Assembly: GCA_903928445.1 (NCBI GenBank)
Contig: CAIYRB010000060.1
Coordinates: 16,875 to 80,874 of the forward strand
DNA length: 64,000 bases
Direction: 5' to 3'
Source: an uncultured Pseudomonadota bacterium
GTDB taxonomy: Bacteria > Bdellovibrionota_B > Oligoflexia > Oligoflexales > CAIYRB01
Position 1 is the stretch's first letter; every line of letters begins with the position of its first letter. The notes under the pieces were generated by a model. That model saw only the letters and a program-made list of their open reading frames with translations, was not told where the DNA came from and did not search any database. Positions 29,656 through 39,260 of this stretch are shown here, one piece after another. Made by a program: the position numbers and the translations under genes.

Positions 29656-31292
29656 ATCAGCTCAAGGTTAAGTCGTGGCTGTTGATCCTAACCCTGGTGA
29701 GCCCTGCTTGCGCCGGCAACAGCACCGTCGTTGCTCCTCCTGCCGTCGTCAGTCCGCCACCGCCCACCACCCTGCAAAGCCCTGGCGCGGCGGGCAACGG
29801 CTCGGCGCCGAAGGTCACTGGCGTTAAACCTCGCTCTGCGCCTACGCCGCCTGCCTCGGCCAAGGATGGGTTGGTGACCGGAATCAGCTTTGGCCGCTTT
29901 GGCACCGTCGCGGTCTATAAACCAAAAGCCCCGACCCAAGTCGTCTTGTTTCTTTCTGGTGACGGTGGCTGGAACCAAGGCGTGATCGATATGGCCCAAA
30001 TGCTTTATCGCAAGGACTACTTGGTGATCGGCGTCGATGTGCCGCGGTATTTGGCGGCGAAGGCAAAGGGCAAAGAGTCGTGCATCTATCCACCAGCGGA
30101 TTTGCAAGCTCTCACCCAAGTCGTGCTGCGGCGACTGGGCATACGCCGCTACCTGCGGCCGATCCTGGTCGGCTACTCCTCCGGCGCCACGCTGGCATAC
30201 GCCGCTTTGGCAGCGGCTCCGGCTGGGACCTTCGACGGTGCGATCAGCCTTGGCTTTTGTCCCGATATCGCCAGTCGCAAGCCTTTATGCAAAGGCGACG
30301 GCCTCGCCAGTAAACCGCACCGCACGGCCAAGAAAGGTGCACATCGAGGCTACGACGTGCTGCCAAGTCGGCAGTTGCCGGCACTATGGGTGGCGTTGCA
30401 CGGTCGCGTCGATCAAGTCTGCACCCTGAAGCAAACAGAAGCGTTCGTCGCCGCCTCGGGCAATGCGCGACTGGTGGCCTTGGACTTGGTGGGCCACGGA
30501 TTTGGCGCGCAAAGGCGCTGGCAGATGGAATTTGAACGCGCCGTTCGCGATGTCAGCGCGACGGCCTTTGTCCGGCGCGCCCAGATCAACACCGCGCAGA
30601 GTCTAGGCAGGAGCACGGACACTGCGAAGGCCGCAGCGCCTAACCTAGACGACGTCGATTTACCGCTGGTCGAAGTCACGGCGCCGCTCGAGGCGCCAAA
30701 AACCGATTATCTGGCGGTCTTGATTTCCGGTGATGGTGGCTGGGCTGGGCTAGACCGCGACGTTGCAGATGGCCTGTCTGAGGCGGGCGTACCGGTCATC
30801 GGATTGGACTCGCTGCAGTATTTCTGGAGCGAACGCACTCCGGACGGCAGCGGCGCTGATCTGCAACGACTGCTCACCTATTACCTAAATGAATGGCACA
30901 AGCAAAAGGCCATCGTCATCGGCTACTCCTTTGGGGCCGAGGTTTTGCCGTTCATGGTCTCGCGCCTATCAGGGGCAACCAAGGCTGCCGTACCGCTAGT
31001 GGCTCTCATCAGCCCTTCGGCCAAAGCCAGCTTTGAATTCCAAATCGCTGAATGGTTTGATGACGACGATGCCGATGAAGGCCAACTGGTGGCGCCGGAA
31101 TTGGCCAAGCTCAAGGACCTTAAGCGCTTGTGCTTCTTCGGTGCCAACGATCACAAAGCGCTTTGCCCGAAGCTTCTAGGCGGCGTCCAGGCAGTCAAGC
31201 TGCCGGGTGGCCACAGGCTCAGCGAGAGTAGCGAAGGCATCGCCGCAGTCGTGCTGCAGGCCATCGGCCTCCATCCCGCGCCGGAGCAATAA
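29652..31292 (+). CDS. VirJ/AcvB-family protein (alpha/beta-hydrolase virulence factor family, putative aminoacyl-PG hydrolase), lipoprotein
   Basis: GTG at 29652 overlaps the mprF stop (GTGA). Signal peptide plus lipobox LVSPAC. Two tandem alpha/beta-hydrolase-like halves with GYSSGAT and GYSFGAE nucleophile elbows, as in AcvB/VirJ. The mprF-acvB operon arrangement is established in rhizobia and Pseudomonas. Confidence 0.75.
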   Translation: MNQLKVKSWLLILTLVSPACAGNSTVVAPPAVVSPPPPTTLQSPGAAGNGSAPKVTGVKPRSAPTPPASAKDGLVTGISFGRFGTVAVYKPKAPTQVVLFLSGDGGWNQGVIDMAQMLYRKDYLVIGVDVPRYLAAKAKGKESCIYPPADLQALTQVVLRRLGIRRYLRPILVGYSSGATLAYAALAAAPAGTFDGAISLGFCPDIASRKPLCKGDGLASKPHRTAKKGAHRGYDVLPSRQLPALWVALHGRVDQVCTLKQTEAFVAASGNARLVALDLVGHGFGAQRRWQMEFERAVRDVSATAFVRRAQINTAQSLGRSTDTAKAAAPNLDDVDLPLVEVTAPLEAPKTDYLAVLISGDGGWAGLDRDVADGLSEAGVPVIGLDSLQYFWSERTPDGSGADLQRLLTYYLNEWHKQKAIVIGYSFGAEVLPFMVSRLSGATKAAVPLVALISPSAKASFEFQIAEWFDDDDADEGQLVAPELAKLKDLKRLCFFGANDHKALCPKLLGGVQAVKLPGGHRLSESSEGIAAVVLQAIGLHPAPEQ

Positions 31293-31341
31293 ATGGCATC
31301 AGACTTTTTTTCGCCAAGCGTGATCGTCTCCGCACTGCGCT

Positions 31342-31752
31342 TTAGGCTAGCGCCAGCTCTGCCTCTTGACCTTGCTCCAAGTCCGCCAGCATCAGCAACC
31401 GTGGCGCCTCTCCTTTGTAATAAGCAATGAAGTTGGTCGAGACAAAAAACTCCTGCACGACATAAGTCGCCAACTCGGCATCCGTGACGATCTGCTCGGC
31501 CATCGTCTGGAAGTAGCTCACCAGTGTAAGGTGCCGTCCTGCCCCACCCAAGCTCAAGGTGAAGTCCTCGACCAGCGCCCTATCGGCAGGTGTCAAGGCC
31601 ACGTGCGCGACAAGGATGCGCATCACCGCATCGGCGGCGTCGGGCGCGGCAAGAAAGCGGTAAAGCCTTGTGTGCGCCAAGGCGGACGCTTGGGCCACGG
31701 CCGTAACACCGAGAAAACCGGCCCCGTTCCAACGCTGATCCATGTTGGTCAC
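31342..31752 (-). CDS. Hypothetical protein (no recognisable domain)
   Basis: Minus-strand ORF with plausible composition. The overlapping + ORF 31366..31779 is Arg-rich junk. Confidence 0.4.
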   Translation of the reverse strand: MTNMDQRWNGAGFLGVTAVAQASALAHTRLYRFLAAPDAADAVMRILVAHVALTPADRALVEDFTLSLGGAGRHLTLVSYFQTMAEQIVTDAELATYVVQEFFVSTNFIAYYKGEAPRLLMLADLEQGQEAELALA

Positions 31753-31889
31753 TCCTGTAAAAGAGGGTGCTTTACCTAATCACGTCAGGACCCACCGCAG
31801 CAGCCCTCTGACGCCACCACGATGCCACCGTCCACGCGAGACTTTGGTCTATGATAAACCATAGATCTACCTATGATAAAATCCATACT

Positions 31890-33167
31890 ATGAAGCACGT
31901 GCCGCCGCCTCTACCGACGATCGCGAGTCTTGCCTGGTTGAGCTTCGCGCTGGCCTTGACTCCCAGCGCACTAGCGGCTGACTTCCTCATGCCAGGAATC
32001 CAGGCCAAGGCAGCGGCAGGAGCTGGCCAAACCGTCTCGCGCGGCGCCACATCGATGTATTTTAACCCAGCAAACCTCAGCACCGCCCGGGGTGTGCAGC
32101 CCGAAATCGATCTGTCGATGGCGCAGATCACCTACACCTACCAAAACTCGGATACGGGCACCTACGTCCCAGCTGTCCTCACTGCGACGACGCCACTGGC
32201 CAGCCTCGGCTTGGCGTGGAAGCCCATACCGCAGCTTGTACTTGGCCTCGCCATGCTGCCCCTTGGCAATGGTAGCGCCCAGGTCGATAATGGCGTACCG
32301 GCGCAAATTACCCCGGGCACGATTGAAGCCTCGAATGTCACCCGTAAACAAACGGCCTTTCGTGCCGCGGTCGGTTCATCCGTTCAGTTCAACAAAATGT
32401 TTGCGATTGGCGTCAGCCTGCTTTACTACAGCGACCAGTCGAAGGTCACGCTGGTTAAGTCTGGCACTGACCGAGTCACCTTAAACGCCGATTACAAGGG
32501 CACCTCGAAACAGTACGTGTTCGGCACTCGGCTCAACCTGCCATACAGCGTGACCGTCGGCCTCAGCTACAAGACCGCCGCGACTAGACCCTACGCCGGG
32601 ACCCTCGCGGTGAACACCGCTTCAAGTAATGCCACCGAACCAAACTTTCAAAACCAGGACTTCAAGGGGGTCGGTTTTGATCCGGCGCAGATCGGCTTTG
32701 GTATCGAAGGGCGGGTTGGCCATGTCGGCGCCTTTTTTGATTTTGTGCGGGAGAAATGGAGCGCTGGACGCACCACCTACAAGCAAGGCTTAGGCACCGA
32801 TGGGGACGCGACCGATTTTATCGACACCAACGATATCACCGTCGGTGCCCGGGTTTGGCTAACGCCACAGCATCGCCTGGAAGCAGCCTTTGGCATGGAC
32901 GGCGGCAATATGCGCGCAGGTGATCCGGTAGACACGACGAGCAACAAATTCCCCTCAGTCCGCGGGGTCCGCATCGGGCAGCTCGAAGCCGTCCCGCGCA
33001 ACATCTTTTCCGGTGGCTACCGCTACTCAACGGGACGCAGCTCCTACATCGAGATGGCGGCGGTATATATGTACGGGGCACTACTGGTGCCAGATGGATT
33101 TTACCAACCTGGCACCTATAGTCTAAAAGTCATCATGGGAAGCGCTGGAGTTTCCTACAGCTTCTAG
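31890..33167 (+). CDS. Outer-membrane beta-barrel transporter of the FadL/TodX family
   Basis: Signal peptide ending ALA-ADF, an N-terminal SMYFNPANL hatch motif and a C-terminal aromatic residue (...SYSF). Confidence 0.7.
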   Translation: MKHVPPPLPTIASLAWLSFALALTPSALAADFLMPGIQAKAAAGAGQTVSRGATSMYFNPANLSTARGVQPEIDLSMAQITYTYQNSDTGTYVPAVLTATTPLASLGLAWKPIPQLVLGLAMLPLGNGSAQVDNGVPAQITPGTIEASNVTRKQTAFRAAVGSSVQFNKMFAIGVSLLYYSDQSKVTLVKSGTDRVTLNADYKGTSKQYVFGTRLNLPYSVTVGLSYKTAATRPYAGTLAVNTASSNATEPNFQNQDFKGVGFDPAQIGFGIEGRVGHVGAFFDFVREKWSAGRTTYKQGLGTDGDATDFIDTNDITVGARVWLTPQHRLEAAFGMDGGNMRAGDPVDTTSNKFPSVRGVRIGQLEAVPRNIFSGGYRYSTGRSSYIEMAAVYMYGALLVPDGFYQPGTYSLKVIMGSAGVSYSF

Positions 33168-33180
33168 GCTGAACCCCGGC

Positions 33181-34146
33181 TTACTTCGCCGTCGCCGTGG
33201 TGTACATAAATTTGATCGTTGCATTGGCGATATCGCTCACGGTCTGGATCGCAATCGTCGCGAAGCCGTGGTCCTCTGCGGCAATCTGGACGACGGTCAG
33301 GAGGTAGCCAACACCGTTGATGTCAAACCCCGCCGTGAGCAACTGGTAGTCCTTCATCGTCTCGACCGATTTCTTAAGCTGCGAGGTGTACATGTAGTAG
33401 CCACCACCTAAGTCATACTGATCGACCTGGGTGACATAGTCGGTCTTGATGGTGACGATGGCCACGGCCTTGCTTGAGATGTTCTCGATCGTCCAGCCAC
33501 GCACCCAGCCCTTATCAGGATTGGACGCTTCTGGTACCGAAGTGATGGCACCAGGGGTGTCACCTTGGTTTTTAACCAACTGGATCGCATTGGCGACTTT
33601 GCCCTGGCCGAGGGCGCCGCCGGCAAACTCGTCTTTGGAGGTCAGCGGCAATTTGATGCCTACGCCGAAAAAGGCGGTGACGGTACCACTGGGGTCGGCG
33701 ATTGGATTGATCATCTGCAGCGCAGGGGAGCCGGTACCGGCGTAAGCTGTTTTGACCAAGGTGTCGGCAAGAAACGTCGTCGCTTTGCCGTTGGCACAAA
33801 GCTGGGCGAAGGGCTTCACCATTCCGGTCGTCTTGACGACGGACGTCGCCCCAGCAGCCGCGCACCAACCGCTAGCGGTTGTAGCCGTCGCGCCAGTCGC
33901 AGGAGCCTTCGAAGTTGTAGGATCGACAGGTGTCGTCGTCGGACCCCCAGGAGCGGCAGGAGCGCCAGGGGTAGGTGCCGGCGCCCCGGGAGTCCCCGCT
34001 ATAGTGGAGTCTGTGCCGTTAGCATTGGCTCCGCCAGCCCTCGAGGCATTGGAGTTGCCGGCAGGAGTCGGCGCCGTGCTGCAACCCCAAGCTGTCGCAA
34101 GCAAGAGCACCACTGAACTGAAAATGATGGGGGTTTTAACGACCAT
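33181..34146 (-). CDS. Hypothetical lipoprotein with a Pro/Thr/Ala-rich linker
   Basis: Start at MVVKTPIIFSSVVLLLATAWGCS (lipobox), followed by a low-complexity PT linker and a ~200-aa globular domain. Confidence 0.55.
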   Translation of the reverse strand: MVVKTPIIFSSVVLLLATAWGCSTAPTPAGNSNASRAGGANANGTDSTIAGTPGAPAPTPGAPAAPGGPTTTPVDPTTSKAPATGATATTASGWCAAAGATSVVKTTGMVKPFAQLCANGKATTFLADTLVKTAYAGTGSPALQMINPIADPSGTVTAFFGVGIKLPLTSKDEFAGGALGQGKVANAIQLVKNQGDTPGAITSVPEASNPDKGWVRGWTIENISSKAVAIVTIKTDYVTQVDQYDLGGGYYMYTSQLKKSVETMKDYQLLTAGFDINGVGYLLTVVQIAAEDHGFATIAIQTVSDIANATIKFMYTTATAK

Positions 34147-34357
34147 AACAGAACGCCTCCGGCTCGTGCTGGCCTCCAGCGCCAGCATCGCTGATTGATG
34201 AACTAAGACCCCTATCGGAAAAGCCGGTAAAAAACTTTAGCCGAACCCTGACGCTCGGTGTCTAAGCCATAAAAAACAGGAGGTTGTAAGTTATGATAAA
34301 ATGCGGCAGGCCAGAACGGCGTGGTCGCTTTCGGGCTGGTGGCCCAGCGGCCGAGGA

Positions 34358-34434
34358 TGGTAGGGGCACACAGATTCGAACTGTGGACCTATACGGTGTA
34401 AACGTATCGCTCTAACCAACTGAGCTATACCCCC
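34358..34434 (-). tRNA. tRNA-Val (anticodon TAC), 77 nt including encoded CCA
   Basis: Manual reverse complement gives GGGGGTATAGCTCAGTTGGTTAGAGCGATACGTTTACACCGTATAGGTCCACAGTTCGAATCTGTGTGCCCCTACCA. The D- and T-arms are identical to the other tRNA-Val. Confidence 0.85.
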
Positions 34435-34482
34435 AAACCTATCACCAGCGATCTTTGCTTGTCGCAAAGACACCCGCATCTG

Positions 34483-35538
34483 TCAATTGCTATTGCGAAG
34501 GAGCCTGTCAATGGACTCTGTGTACGGCGGCTTCAGGACACCCTTCTCGGTGATCAGTCCGGCAATAAGCGCAGCCGGCGTCACATCGAAGGACGGATTG
34601 TAGACAGGAGCGTCCACGGGCGTCATCTGCCTGCCCCCGGTGTAGCGAATCTCGTCTGGGCTACGCTCCTCCACAGGAATCTCCGCTCCGGTGGCCAAAG
34701 TCGTATCGAAGGTGGCGAGCGGCGCCGCGACATAAAATGGAATGCCATGATGGCGGCACTGCACGGCAAGGCCATAGGTGCCGATCTTGTTGGCGGTGTC
34801 GCCGTTGGCAGCAATGCGATCGGCACCAACGATCACCCAGTCAACTTGTCGCAACTGCATGAGATAAGCTGCCGCTGAATCGGCGATCACTTTGTAGGGA
34901 ATCCCCTCCGAGCGCAACTCAAAGGCAGTCAGGCGCGAGCCCTGCAGGTACGGCCGCGTCTCGTCGGCATAGACCAGCTCGACTTGGCCCGCGGCGTGCA
35001 ACGAGCGAATCACACCTAAGGCCGTGCCATACCCCGCCGTGGCAAGACTACCGGTGTTACAATGGGTCAGAATCCGCAACTTGCGCCCTTCGGCTAACTT
35101 GGCACCATGGGCGCCGATCGCCTGGCAGGTCTTTAGGTCGTCCGCGGCCAAGTCTTCGGCAAGCTTGACGATCTCCTCTGCTGCCGCGGTGATGGACATG
35201 GTCGAGGCCAGCGTGGCACCGAGCCGGCGCATGTGGTCTAGGGCGTAAAACAAGTTCACCGCGGTTGGACGCGTCCGAGCCAAGCGGCTGATGCCAGCGT
35301 GAAAGCGCGCTCTGTACTCGTCCCACGTGCCACCGCCAAGGCTTGCAGCCTGAACGTCCAATGCGAGGCCGTAAGCGGCCGCACAGCCGATCGCCGGTGC
35401 GCCTCGGATTACCATGTCCTCGATCGCCAAGGCGACGGACTCAAGACCCCGGCATTCGAGCCAAACCTCCTCTTGCGGCAGCAGGCGTTGGTCGATAAGG
35501 CGCAATATTCCCTTGGTAAACTGCATCGCTGCAAACAT
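34483..35538 (-). CDS. mtnA: S-methyl-5-thioribose-1-phosphate isomerase (MtnA, eIF-2B alpha/beta/delta-like family)
   Basis: RLIDQRLLPQEEVWLEC N-terminus and THCNTGSLATAGYGTALGVIR region. Start chosen at the ATG at 35538; the track ORF is longer. Confidence 0.85.
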   Translation of the reverse strand: MFAAMQFTKGILRLIDQRLLPQEEVWLECRGLESVALAIEDMVIRGAPAIGCAAAYGLALDVQAASLGGGTWDEYRARFHAGISRLARTRPTAVNLFYALDHMRRLGATLASTMSITAAAEEIVKLAEDLAADDLKTCQAIGAHGAKLAEGRKLRILTHCNTGSLATAGYGTALGVIRSLHAAGQVELVYADETRPYLQGSRLTAFELRSEGIPYKVIADSAAAYLMQLRQVDWVIVGADRIAANGDTANKIGTYGLAVQCRHHGIPFYVAAPLATFDTTLATGAEIPVEERSPDEIRYTGGRQMTPVDAPVYNPSFDVTPAALIAGLITEKGVLKPPYTESIDRLLRNSN

Positions 35539-35641
35539 GTTGATTCCCGCGCTTCCCCTCGCTGCACCTGGACTGGAAGCGAGGGCTGCAGTATAGCGCA
35601 TGTTTGCCGCGGTGCAAGGCGCTTATACGCGCCAGCCAGGA

Positions 35642-36937
35642 CTAAACCGCCTCGTCATCGTCTAGATCCAGACCCAGCGGCTCATCGCCTTCACTGTACA
35701 TGGTCTCGGGCTTCTTGCTGGTCTTCTTGGTGGTTCTGGCCGCCATGTTGAGCGGAGCAGCACCCTCGCTGGACTGGGCTTTGGTCTTCTTAGCGCGCTT
35801 TGACTGCATTGCGGACGACTCCGAGTTAAGGCTCGAAAAGTGCGAGGACTGGGCACTCGGCTGCGGCTTTGCTGTGAACTGCGACAAGGCAGAGCCGGTA
35901 GTGCTGCTCATCCTCGTCGCGGGAAGGCTGCCTTCGAGGGTACCGTCGCTGTCACCGTCAGCATAGTCACGGTATTGGCGCGCGGCTCGGTAGCGCCTAA
36001 ACAAAATAAGTCCTGTTGATAGCAAGACAGTGGCAACAGCCGCAGCGGCCCCGTAGATGACCTCAGTAAAGCGCCCCGGTGTCGGTGCGCCGAGTTGGAC
36101 TGAAATCATCGAGTCCCATGCTTCGGTGAGAAACTGGTTGGCCGCTTCACTTTCAAAATGTTCCGCGACGTCGGTATAGGTCATGAGATAATGCCGACCC
36201 GCCGAGGAGACCAAAATATGCGCCTGCATCAAAGCGACATTATCCAGATTGAACTCGCTGTAAAACAGCAGTCCCTGGCGACCATCAGCCATATCGATCA
36301 CTAAATGATTGCGGATGCGGTAGCCTTCGATCGCGGCCGAAGTGGCGGCAAACTTACGGGTGATGACCTCTTCGTATTCTTTCGCCGTGGTCTCATCGAT
36401 AAAACGGGGGTTGCTAAAGCTGGCGACTTGAATCGTGCGCTGGTATTTCACGCCGTCTTGATGCGGCATCTGCATGAGTAGTGTCAGGTCGCCCAGGTGC
36501 TCATACACCTCCCAACCTTTTGGCGGCGTCACGGAAAAATCACCATCGCGGACCGACAGCCGCTCACCGCCGGAGATAAGGTCGGGCTTACCTGCCGTTT
36601 CAGGATTGATGCTGGGAGCTACGGCAACAGCCGGACTTGATGCAGGCGGATCGGCAACTGCAGGTACCTGGTGGGGATCTTCTCCAGTGACGCTGTCCGT
36701 GCGAGGTGGCGCCTGCTCGCTGGCAGACTTAACGGCAGCAGGATCTGCCGGGGCGGCAGACGGCACCGCGTCGGGCGTAACTTCTGGCGTCGCGGCTTCG
36801 GCTTCCATAACCTCCGGCTCGCCTTGGACTTGACTAGGGTCACCTTCTACCGGCTGGGTTTGTGCCCCGCCGCTATTACCAATGAGCAGCCCAGTCCAGG
36901 CTACACATGTGAGCACCATCCAAGGAATGATACGCAT
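35642..36937 (-). CDS. Membrane-anchored hypothetical protein: signal peptide, Pro/Ala/Glu-rich linker, ~170-aa periplasmic domain (possibly PsbP/DcrB-like), single TM, acidic/basic cytoplasmic tail
   Basis: Architecture read from the sequence (TM segment VIYGAAAAVATVLLSTGLILF). The domain guess is an inference. Confidence 0.5.
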   Translation of the reverse strand: MRIIPWMVLTCVAWTGLLIGNSGGAQTQPVEGDPSQVQGEPEVMEAEAATPEVTPDAVPSAAPADPAAVKSASEQAPPRTDSVTGEDPHQVPAVADPPASSPAVAVAPSINPETAGKPDLISGGERLSVRDGDFSVTPPKGWEVYEHLGDLTLLMQMPHQDGVKYQRTIQVASFSNPRFIDETTAKEYEEVITRKFAATSAAIEGYRIRNHLVIDMADGRQGLLFYSEFNLDNVALMQAHILVSSAGRHYLMTYTDVAEHFESEAANQFLTEAWDSMISVQLGAPTPGRFTEVIYGAAAAVATVLLSTGLILFRRYRAARQYRDYADGDSDGTLEGSLPATRMSSTTGSALSQFTAKPQPSAQSSHFSSLNSESSAMQSKRAKKTKAQSSEGAAPLNMAARTTKKTSKKPETMYSEGDEPLGLDLDDDEAV

Positions 36938-36949
36938 GGGATTCCTTTC

Positions 36950-38449
36950 TTAGGCCGTGGGCCGACGACTTTCGGCGGAGCCGCGCCGCCGTTCAATCAT
37001 ATCATCACGACTCATCCGCACGGCATCCTCGATGATGTCGATGGCGTAGTTATCGAGCTCGTAGACACCGTAGTTAATATGCTGATCACGCCGCTTATTT
37101 TTAGTATTTTTTTGTTTATTTGATAGCGCTTTTGGCTCTTTTTGCGTTTGAATATCGACCGGTAGACCATCGGTAAGTCGCGTCACTAAACGCAGGGCAC
37201 TGTGATAACCATGCGTCGGATGCCAAATCGGGTCGCTATCGAGCGTGTAAATGGCGACGATGCGCCACTGCGCACTGCCTTGCGGATCAACCTGCGTCGT
37301 CGTGGCAAAAAAGCAAAAATCTCCCGCCTTCGGCTCCGGTCCCATCGGCCTGAGCAAGCGATCAATGCTACCAACAGGACTGGTCAAAAGCTCGTGGTAA
37401 CGACGTGGCGACAGACTAACCAACCATTTGCGTGTCATGCGGGGAATAGTCAGAGCCGGATCAAGCTCCTCCCCGCGCATCTCGTCTTCAGCATCGGCAA
37501 GCTGCAGACTGACATGCGAGGTCGGTAGACCAGCGACCTTGAGCAGCGCGACGGAGCGCTTAAGCCAAGTTGTTGCAGCTTTTAGATCGCCGCCTTTTGC
37601 CAAACAGTGCCCAAGCAAACCAGCGACCTCGGGATCGTCTTCACCGTGCTTTTTCACCACAGCTTGGAGGATCTGCCGAGCTTGCGGATAATTCTTGTCT
37701 TCATACAATGCGTAAGCCCAAAAATACGCGTAGTCCATCGAGTCGGGGTATAGTTCGACTAAGTGCGCCGCGGCGATAGCCGCAGCTTGGTAGTCGCCTT
37801 GGTCGATGTGCTGGTGGTAGTCGAACAAATAGGGCAACACCGCGTCATGGGATTGCTCGCGCAGAGTCAGCAGTAGCCGCGCCAGTGCGCTCTGGTGCTG
37901 GCCGAGCAAAAGACCCCGGGCTAGGGTTTGCCAGTGATAATAATCGGTCAATGGCAAGGGGCTGCGCGCAAGCGCTGGGTCTTCATGACCCGGCGAGCGG
38001 CTTGCCACTAGCTGCACCAGCTCAAGGCTGTAAGGACTCGGCTCGTCGCCTTGAACGGCGCGGGCGAGGAGCCGAGCGGCGCCAAGCTCATCGCATTCGA
38101 AATGGGCAATCCCGCGCAGCGCGGCAAAGGTCGGTTGCACCTCCTCGTCGCCCTGGCCAAGCCGAAAAAGATGTTGGCTTAGCTGCCTAAGCCCAGCGTG
38201 ATCCTGCTGCTCGGCGAGGGCCTCGATCCACAACCTGTAGGAAGCAAAGCGTTGCACGGCCGGAACATCCTCCGCCGCCAATGCCGCAGCGACTTTATCC
38301 GCTGCCTCGGCATACTCACCCGCCCACATCAAGCGCAACGCTTCGCCGTAGGCGCCTTGTCCTTTCGCATAAGCTTGATCCGGGGTTAGTAGCGACCTTT
38401 TGCTGATGACACAAAGATTTTGGACACTGGTGAGCAGATTCCCTGGCAT
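36950..38449 (-). CDS. TPR-repeat protein with a C-terminal PUA-like (EVE/ASCH-like) domain
   Basis: The N-terminal ~330 aa form TPR-like helical repeats. C-terminal W-x-L-S-P...AGDFCFF...WRIVAIYTL follows the EVE-fold pattern. The EVE call is a low-confidence inference. Confidence 0.5.
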   Translation of the reverse strand: MPGNLLTSVQNLCVISKRSLLTPDQAYAKGQGAYGEALRLMWAGEYAEAADKVAAALAAEDVPAVQRFASYRLWIEALAEQQDHAGLRQLSQHLFRLGQGDEEVQPTFAALRGIAHFECDELGAARLLARAVQGDEPSPYSLELVQLVASRSPGHEDPALARSPLPLTDYYHWQTLARGLLLGQHQSALARLLLTLREQSHDAVLPYLFDYHQHIDQGDYQAAAIAAAHLVELYPDSMDYAYFWAYALYEDKNYPQARQILQAVVKKHGEDDPEVAGLLGHCLAKGGDLKAATTWLKRSVALLKVAGLPTSHVSLQLADAEDEMRGEELDPALTIPRMTRKWLVSLSPRRYHELLTSPVGSIDRLLRPMGPEPKAGDFCFFATTTQVDPQGSAQWRIVAIYTLDSDPIWHPTHGYHSALRLVTRLTDGLPVDIQTQKEPKALSNKQKNTKNKRRDQHINYGVYELDNYAIDIIEDAVRMSRDDMIERRRGSAESRRPTA

Positions 38450-38607
38450 GGGAGAGGACCCTCCAAGACTGGTTGGCGCGAGTAGCGTAACGTCTGGAGG
38501 ATATGTCGACAGGTAGCGTCAAAACTTTAGACGGCGTGATTTGGTAAATAATCAAAGCCAATAAACAAACATAGCGCAACGAGAAGCTTGCAGGCTGAGA
38601 TATAAAC

Positions 38608-38892
38608 TCAGCTTGCCCTGCGCACCTTCGAGCGACCAGGAGTGGCGTGCTTCGATCCTCCGGCTGTTTTCACGCCAGCGCCGACCAGCAATGCCTCGGC
38701 GACGTCGCTTGCTCTATCGATGAGCGTTTCGCGCAGCTCGTTGTAGCACTCGTCGCACAGCGGCTGATCGACAGCGGCGGCTTGAACTTCATTCCAGATC
38801 ACCAGGACGGTCCATGCTTCGACGCTAAATTCGCGCTTGCGGCATTTTGACTCGACGGTGCAATTACTACAAATCTGGGACAAACTTTGCAT
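38608..38892 (-). CDS. Small zinc-ribbon-like protein (CSNC...C...CDEC)
   Basis: ATG at 38892 is preceded by GGGGGA. Four Cys are arranged as two CxxC-type pairs. Confidence 0.4.
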   Translation of the reverse strand: MQSLSQICSNCTVESKCRKREFSVEAWTVLVIWNEVQAAAVDQPLCDECYNELRETLIDRASDVAEALLVGAGVKTAGGSKHATPGRSKVRRAS

Positions 38893-39260
38893 GGCTTTAG
38901 ATCCCCCGACCCGTTCGATTTTGAACCTCACAACATCACCCCTGTTAGTGGTCGTTTTGGCACAACTAACGCGGGCAGCGTCAGTCATGAACAGAGCAAC
39001 TACGGCTGCAGCTATCGGTCGATTCGACCTATAACTTTAGGCTTCCTTGAGTATTGTCGAAATCCTCCAAAGAAATCAGAGGAATCCAACGTCACCCCAG
39101 GGGTCACCGGCAACCATGCTTAGCAATAAAATATGTTCGTCTTAGCTCGAGACCTATTCTCCATAAAACGCCCCACCCGTCAATGTATTTCTCCATTCGG
39201 CGAAGGATTTTTCCTTACCAAAACGGGAAGGTAGGGTCTGCGACAAGCTCTGGTACAGGC

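Noticed and set aside
31366-31779. 137-aa plus-strand ORF
   Set aside because: Arg/Gly/His-rich junk-like translation. The antisense ORF 31342..31752 has more protein-like composition.
34291-34479. 62-aa ORF overlapping tRNA-Val(TAC)
   Set aside because: Same reason; it overlaps the tRNA.
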